A stretch of DNA of 64,000 nt, taken from an uncultured Candidatus Saccharibacteria bacterium. GTDB lineage: Bacteria; Patescibacteriota; Minisyncoccia; Phycocordibacterales; JAACPR01. Shown here piece after piece: positions 58,543-64,000 of this stretch (position 1 is the stretch's first letter; every line of letters begins with the position of its first letter). The position numbers were made by a program, and so were the translations under genes. The notes beneath the pieces are model-generated. The model saw only the letters and a program-made list of their open reading frames with translations, searched no databases and was not told where the DNA came from. The stretch covers positions 163,059-227,058 of the forward strand of contig CAZIEY010000001.1 of assembly GCA_964538855.1 (NCBI GenBank), in the 5' to 3' direction.

Positions 58543-58668
58543 AAGTCAAAACTAAAAAGTCACACTTTGGAAAGTCTGGTTGGGCATTAACACGAAAAAA
58601 ATTATTACAGAGCGTGCATGATGTGACCCAAGGACCCTCCTCAAATTGTGACTTTTTAGTTTTGACTT
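58543..58668. repeat. 126 bp palindromic element with perfect 22 bp arms
   Basis: aagtcaaaactaaaaagtcaca / tgtgactttttagttttgactt. Confidence 0.85.
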
Positions 58669-58691
58669 AAACCAATTTTCTATATCCCTGA

Positions 58692-59870
58692 CTAGATCTC
58701 GTTCAGAGTACCTTTTTTAATACACGAAAGGAATTCCGACTGAACTATTCCAATTTGTTGTTCTTTATTTTCTGGATCAGGTGCAGATTCACAGACAATT
58801 TTGTACTTATTATTCGGCTCTACATCTTTAGATCCATCTTTGAGACCAGAGATATCACCCTTCATTTCACCTTGTTCGTTGTATATCTTACATACAGGTG
58901 TTGCAACAGGATCGATATTTTCCCAATTCAAACGACATGTCTCATCTGACTCGACAATGGGTTTGTTAAACGTCGCAGTAATACCTTTTACAAAGGAAGC
59001 TGATGGGCAGAACGCAGTTTGATCAGGAAATCCGGAAGCGCGGGCGGTTACCGAAATTTCACCCCTCAGTAATTTAACCAGATTCGTCGATGTCATTGTA
59101 ACGGCCGCGTTATTTGAATCATTAAAGACTGTACCATTAGAAAATACTGGGTGATTCCAAGTAAAATCATATCCATTGGAACTTGAACCATCTGGATCAA
59201 ATGCTGTCCAAACAATCATGTCGGTTCCGTTGCTGACTGCGACATTATCCTCGCGTGCAACACAAACCAATTTAAAATTAGGGTCAATATTTGTTGTTGT
59301 TCCTCCGTCAGGCCTATTGCTTCCTCCGCCGCCATTCTTATCTAAAGAACACTGCGCAGCTGCACCGCCTTGAGAACCAGGACATTCCCACGTAAATTCG
59401 GATGAAGTCTCTCCTCTATTAACAGATTCTCCTGGAGTAGAGCACGTATTTTTTGCTACCGAACAAACACCGTTCACTGCTGGTGCGGGAGTAGATTTTG
59501 TATATGTGTGTGTATTACCACAACTCAAGTATCGAGACCATGAATTTTTATTTTCTGCCCAAAATGCTCCAGCATCAGAGTTGTACATCCAGTCCATACG
59601 TTCTGTAAATTCAGCAGGTGTATCACAATATCCAGTACTTGGACCAGAAAATGAAATTGTTATATTCGATCCGGTGTTTGTCCAATTATTGAACACAACC
59701 GTACCAGTTGAATACGGATCAGCACCAGCAGGTCTAAAAACTTCGTAATTCCAAGTTTTTCCTCCCCATGAGCCAGAACAAGTATACGCATCTGCAGTAT
59801 GAGGATTAGTAAGTACTACGCACAATAGGGCCATAACAACCAGCGATGTAAATTTAAAAAGTTTGTTCAT
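58692..59870 (-). CDS. secreted Cys-rich surface protein (paralog A)
   Basis: Signal peptide ending ADA, many Cys, SCGNTHTYT, C-terminus SEFLSCIKKGTLNEI. Confidence 0.8.
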   Translation of the reverse strand: MNKLFKFTSLVVMALLCVVLTNPHTADAYTCSGSWGGKTWNYEVFRPAGADPYSTGTVVFNNWTNTGSNITISFSGPSTGYCDTPAEFTERMDWMYNSDAGAFWAENKNSWSRYLSCGNTHTYTKSTPAPAVNGVCSVAKNTCSTPGESVNRGETSSEFTWECPGSQGGAAAQCSLDKNGGGGSNRPDGGTTTNIDPNFKLVCVAREDNVAVSNGTDMIVWTAFDPDGSSSNGYDFTWNHPVFSNGTVFNDSNNAAVTMTSTNLVKLLRGEISVTARASGFPDQTAFCPSASFVKGITATFNKPIVESDETCRLNWENIDPVATPVCKIYNEQGEMKGDISGLKDGSKDVEPNNKYKIVCESAPDPENKEQQIGIVQSEFLSCIKKGTLNEI

Positions 59871-59871
59871 A

Positions 59872-60981
59872 TTAGTTTTCAGTTAATGATTGCGAGTACC
59901 CAATAATTGCTCGATCTAAAACTTCTTTCATCGTTTTCTTTTCATTCACACCCAATGTAATGTCTTTTGATACTACATCCAAACCAGCGTTGAGAACCGC
60001 AATTGACTCTTGAACTTTGTCAGAGAAAAATAATGCTTTCGCCTCTGTCGCATATGCCGAAGTCAAATTCGGATTTATAGTAAGAGCGGTATCTGTTAAT
60101 TGTATCGCTTCGGCCAACACCTGATCTCTCTTTTGAATATACGTCGCCACACCTGCAACACCAGGTGAAATCTCTGTCATTTTTACATCAGCAAGTGCAA
60201 CATACACATTCGCCAATTTTGGATCTGCCTCGCTCGCATGAGTCAAAGCAACAATAGCTTCAGCAAATTTTTCTTGTGAAGCGTTGTGCAGACCAACCAT
60301 CAAATTTGCTTCTGCAACAAACCGGTGATTCGCTGATGTTTTTATCACTTCATTTGCCCTTGCAATCGCCGCATCAGTTTTACCTAATCGATACAACAAT
60401 TTCGCGAGATTGTACGATGCGAAATCGAGTTTTGAATCGATAGTGAGTGCCTTGGTATAATTAGCTTCTGCCTTTACAGTATCACCCATCAAATCGTAGG
60501 CATGCCCCAATCCGCTATATGCCACAGCGTTATTTGGATCAAGTGCAATTGATTTTTCATAAGCTGGAATTGCTTTTTCATAGTCCTGCATAATTTCATA
60601 TGCATAAGCCATCACGCGGTATGCGTTCGAATTATTTGCACTGATATCGAGAGCCTGATTCGCTGCTGCAATTGCCAAATTACCGTACTCCATTTCCTTG
60701 AATTCTAAGCTCCCCTTTTGAGCATACGCAGAAGCGAGTGCGATGAGCACATCCATCCGATACATATCAGATATGTTTTTCGTAAGCAAATCTTCTAGCT
60801 CTGAAATAGACAAGTCTACGTTTCCGTCATTGAATGATTCTTCGGCAGTATTTATTCTTTCAACCAAAACAGCTTCATCAATAAATTCGTGCTTAAATAC
60901 AAAAAACGAAAGAAGTATTGCGACAATGGCAGTCAAACCGAGCACAATCCAAATATATTTCTTACTGTGTAAAGTTTCCAT
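59872..60981 (-). CDS. membrane-anchored TPR protein (paralog A)
   Basis: N-terminal TM, TPR repeats (AIPAYEKSIALDPNNAVAYSGLG). Confidence 0.9.
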   Translation of the reverse strand: METLHSKKYIWIVLGLTAIVAILLSFFVFKHEFIDEAVLVERINTAEESFNDGNVDLSISELEDLLTKNISDMYRMDVLIALASAYAQKGSLEFKEMEYGNLAIAAANQALDISANNSNAYRVMAYAYEIMQDYEKAIPAYEKSIALDPNNAVAYSGLGHAYDLMGDTVKAEANYTKALTIDSKLDFASYNLAKLLYRLGKTDAAIARANEVIKTSANHRFVAEANLMVGLHNASQEKFAEAIVALTHASEADPKLANVYVALADVKMTEISPGVAGVATYIQKRDQVLAEAIQLTDTALTINPNLTSAYATEAKALFFSDKVQESIAVLNAGLDVVSKDITLGVNEKKTMKEVLDRAIIGYSQSLTEN

Positions 60982-61041
60982 TTTTGATAATTAATTTAAT
61001 AAATAAAGGTTGCTTAAATTATAGCACCTAAATAAAATTCA

Positions 61042-62424
61042 TTAAATTTCTATCAACGTCCCACTTTTCATACACGCAAGGTGCTCTGATTCCACAAAAC
61101 CTGTCGGTTGGGTCATTAATTCACAACCAATATAATATTTATTTCCAGGTGTGACTTCACGACTACCTGCTGGCAAACCTGAAATATTTTTAACCGAAAC
61201 ACCTTCTTCGTTATATATACTGCATTGAGAAGCAGACGGGGCTTTAGACCAAGTCAGGGTACATGTCTCATTCTCATCTACAATTGGTGGGTCCATTTCT
61301 ACGATAATTTCATCGACAAATTTTGCAGTAGGACAAATTATTGTGGGTGCTGGAACCACGAATGGATTCAGAATAGTAACCATGAGATTTATAAATGAGA
61401 CTGAATTAGGAGAAGTAATCTGAACAGTCTGACCATGTTGAGATTCCACGTCAAAAGGATCATTTGCCCCGTACATATCAAACCATGAAAATCCAAAATT
61501 AGCGGAGGAACTGCCTAATCCTTCTACTGACCAAGTAATTGGACTATTAACTTTTGCAACCAAAGGAGAAACGCGACAGACAGGATCAAAACCACCATCG
61601 TCGTAATCATCTTTATCCATGGAACACATGTCCAAATTTCCTGGAACCTCTCTGCCGTACGTATTACTGCCACGACAATTCCATAAAAATTCAGTAGTTG
61701 AATCAGGAACATATTCTAGATTACCCACACGACATTGATCCGGTTCGGTTCCACACTCACCAGGAATAAGCGGCTCTGGTGCAACTGAAGCAAAACAGCT
61801 TCTATCATAAAGCCTATTGGTGCCAGCGGCTTCGCAAATCCACATAGCACCCGCATTAGTTGGAAACGCTGGATTCGATCCTCTCAACGTACCGATGGCA
61901 CAAAAATCAATGTTTTCACTTCCTAAATATTGAGTAGTACCGTAACTATATGCAGCGGAATTCCGTCCACACATCGCATAGACAGGTGTTGGATTTTCAG
62001 GTATCTCGGGAATCACAGGGACTTGGACAATATCTCTTGTATACGTGTGAGTATTACCGCAACTCATAGCTAATGGATCCTGCCAACTACTCAGGCCCGA
62101 CGAGAGAAAATTGGGAATACGAGAATAAGCAAATGCCATATGAGTCACCATGGTGCTTGGTGATGCACAACTATTATCCAAGGCCAGGTTCGTACCAAAA
62201 AAGTTCATCACAACTTCGTACGTCGTGTTACCATATCCATAGGTTCCAAAATCATAACTACCATTTCTAAGATTGCCTGTTCCTCCCCCTACGATATCGT
62301 ACTGGAACGACCCATATACTGTCGAACCCATACAACGGATAGCAAATGTTGTTTTTGGGGCAAGAAAAATCATCGCAACAATGCACACAACATAAAGTAT
62401 ATTTTTATTAAGCAAAAATTTCAT
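61042..62424 (-). CDS. secreted Cys-rich surface protein (paralog B)
   Basis: Signal peptide ending TFA, SCGNTHTYT, C-terminus SEHLACMKSGTLIEI. Confidence 0.8.
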   Translation of the reverse strand: MKFLLNKNILYVVCIVAMIFLAPKTTFAIRCMGSTVYGSFQYDIVGGGTGNLRNGSYDFGTYGYGNTTYEVVMNFFGTNLALDNSCASPSTMVTHMAFAYSRIPNFLSSGLSSWQDPLAMSCGNTHTYTRDIVQVPVIPEIPENPTPVYAMCGRNSAAYSYGTTQYLGSENIDFCAIGTLRGSNPAFPTNAGAMWICEAAGTNRLYDRSCFASVAPEPLIPGECGTEPDQCRVGNLEYVPDSTTEFLWNCRGSNTYGREVPGNLDMCSMDKDDYDDGGFDPVCRVSPLVAKVNSPITWSVEGLGSSSANFGFSWFDMYGANDPFDVESQHGQTVQITSPNSVSFINLMVTILNPFVVPAPTIICPTAKFVDEIIVEMDPPIVDENETCTLTWSKAPSASQCSIYNEEGVSVKNISGLPAGSREVTPGNKYYIGCELMTQPTGFVESEHLACMKSGTLIEI

Positions 62425-62425
62425 A

Positions 62426-63529
62426 TTATTTTTTAATTAAATTTTGATAATTTTTTGCGTAATCTTTCATACTAATCATCATGTTTTGTTTTTCTAGCGC
62501 GCCAAGAGTTATATCCTTACTGACAGCAGAGCTACCCTGCTGAATCGCGGCGAGAGCACCCACAAAATCACCTGACATTTGTAAAATTTTTGCTTTTGTA
62601 ATGTAAGCGACTGACAAATTCGGATTTAAACTGAGAGCTTTTTCTATCAAAGGAACCGCCTCTTGGATAAACAATTCGGTATTTTTAATAATTTGGTTTA
62701 TATCAGCATCTGGTCCATTCGATTCAATCATGGCAAATCGCACCTGCACAAGACCGACGTAATTATTCGCAAGGCGCTCATCTGCCTTAATGGCATTCTC
62801 AAAAGAAGTTTCGGCTTCACTTAATTTGTTTTCTCTAAGAGAAATTACACCCAATACATTGTAAGCTTCTGAGATGAACCTGTTGTTTTTAGAAAATTTG
62901 ACCGTTTGTTCCGCATACATTCGTGCATCGTCCATATCATTGTTTCTGACATAGACTCGGGCAAGATTTAAAAGAGCGTGATCTAAATCATTCTGTATAA
63001 GAAGAGCATGTTTATAGTTTTGTGCCGCTAACATCAAATCACCTTGTAAATCATATGCGTGGCCGAGATTGCTATACGCCATAGCATTATTCAGATCAAA
63101 TTCGATCGCCATTTCATAATAAGCAGTTGCGGCTGCATAGTCTTCTGAAATTTCGTGTGCATACCCCATCACTCGAGCGGCTTCAGAATTATTTGGATTC
63201 AATCGCAAAGCTTCTTCTAATAAAAGAATAGCTTTTGCCGCAGACTCTTTCTCGTCAAAATTCAAACTGCCCTGTTGAGAATAAAGAGTGGCGAGAGCAA
63301 TCAAAATACGCACTCGATCATCATTAGATAAATTCTGAGTGAGTATTTTTTCCAACGATTCAATAGAGGGATTTAAATCCCCGATTGCAAAATTTTCAGA
63401 AACTATTTGCATTTCCCGCTCTATTACAGCCTTACGAACAGGGGCAACGAAATAATACACAGAAACAGCTACCGCGCCAATAACTAACGCTCCTGTAATT
63501 ATAATGAGACGGGGCCGCAGTAAATTCAT
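62426..63529 (-). CDS. membrane-anchored TPR protein (paralog B)
   Basis: N-terminal TM, TPR repeats, QGSLNF and SKDITLG shared with paralog A. Confidence 0.9.
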   Translation of the reverse strand: MNLLRPRLIIITGALVIGAVAVSVYYFVAPVRKAVIEREMQIVSENFAIGDLNPSIESLEKILTQNLSNDDRVRILIALATLYSQQGSLNFDEKESAAKAILLLEEALRLNPNNSEAARVMGYAHEISEDYAAATAYYEMAIEFDLNNAMAYSNLGHAYDLQGDLMLAAQNYKHALLIQNDLDHALLNLARVYVRNNDMDDARMYAEQTVKFSKNNRFISEAYNVLGVISLRENKLSEAETSFENAIKADERLANNYVGLVQVRFAMIESNGPDADINQIIKNTELFIQEAVPLIEKALSLNPNLSVAYITKAKILQMSGDFVGALAAIQQGSSAVSKDITLGALEKQNMMISMKDYAKNYQNLIKK

Positions 63530-63571
63530 AAATGATACCAAGATTATATCACTTAAAAATTTACAGATGGA

Positions 63572-64000
63572 CTACTTCTTCACTTTTCCTGCTTTGATTT
63601 CTTCCGCAACGTTGTTTGGCACAACTTCGTAGTGATCAAATTCCATTGTAGATTGCGCGCGACCTTCTGTCATAGAACGCAATGTAGTTGTGTAACCGAA
63701 CATTTCTGAGAGAGGTACCTTTGAGTGGATGCAAGTAATGCCGTTTCCAATATCATCCATACCATCAATTTGAGCACGTTTTGATGACAAGTTACCTGTT
63801 ACGTCACCAGTGAATTTTTCTGGAGTTGTAACTTCAACTTTCATAATCGGTTCAAGAAGTACTGGCTTCGCTTTGAGAGCAGCTTCCCTGAACGCCATAG
63901 ATGCAGCCAATTTGAAGGCAATTTCTGAAGAGTCCACATCGTGATATGAACCGTCATACAATTCAACTGAAATATCTGTCATCTTGTAACCGGCAGACAC
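63572..64000 (-). CDS. fusA: elongation factor G, C-terminal part (partial)
   Basis: [22 protein letters not shown] and VPLSEMFGY...LRS.T.GR motifs. Confidence 0.97.
   Translation of the reverse strand: MSAGYKMTDISVELYDGSYHDVDSSEIAFKLAASMAFREAALKAKPVLLEPIMKVEVTTPEKFTGDVTGNLSSKRAQIDGMDDIGNGITCIHSKVPLSEMFGYTTTLRSMTEGRAQSTMEFDHYEVVPNNVAEEIKAGKVKK

Noticed and set aside
1-64000. Alternative genetic code (UGA=Gly as in Gracilibacteria/Absconditabacteria)
   Set aside because: Conserved genes translate full-length under code 11 with no in-frame TGA.

Overview
A 64 kb stretch of bacterial chromosome that looks like Candidate Phyla Radiation (Patescibacteria, probably Parcubacteria). This is an inference from the missing rpmD/L30 between rpsE and rplO, SD-less AT-rich ribosomal gene leaders, many apparently leaderless genes and many ORFans. 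The genetic code appears standard. The right half carries infC-rpmI-rplT, ndk, map, adk, secY, the spc/S10 cluster, tuf, rplJL and the 3' end of fusA, with accessory modules inserted between these core genes. The left half carries recG, ftsH, smpB/tmRNA, tRNA-Ser(GCT), an unusual tRNA-Ile(TAT), pepF, trhO and two RimK-type ligases. Best leads: (1) an array of structured repeats built on the tmRNA 3' end that separate small cargo genes, resembling integron cassettes; (2) a NYN nuclease gene bracketed by two promoter-driven structured small RNAs; (3) about 11 self-contained Shine-Dalgarno-led ORFan cassettes in an otherwise SD-less or leaderless genome; (4) three divergent TrmB-regulator/orphan binding-protein pairs; (5) a duplicated TPR + Cys-rich surface protein module; (6) a compact 6S-like RNA. 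All calls are by eye, with no database searches or folding programs run.
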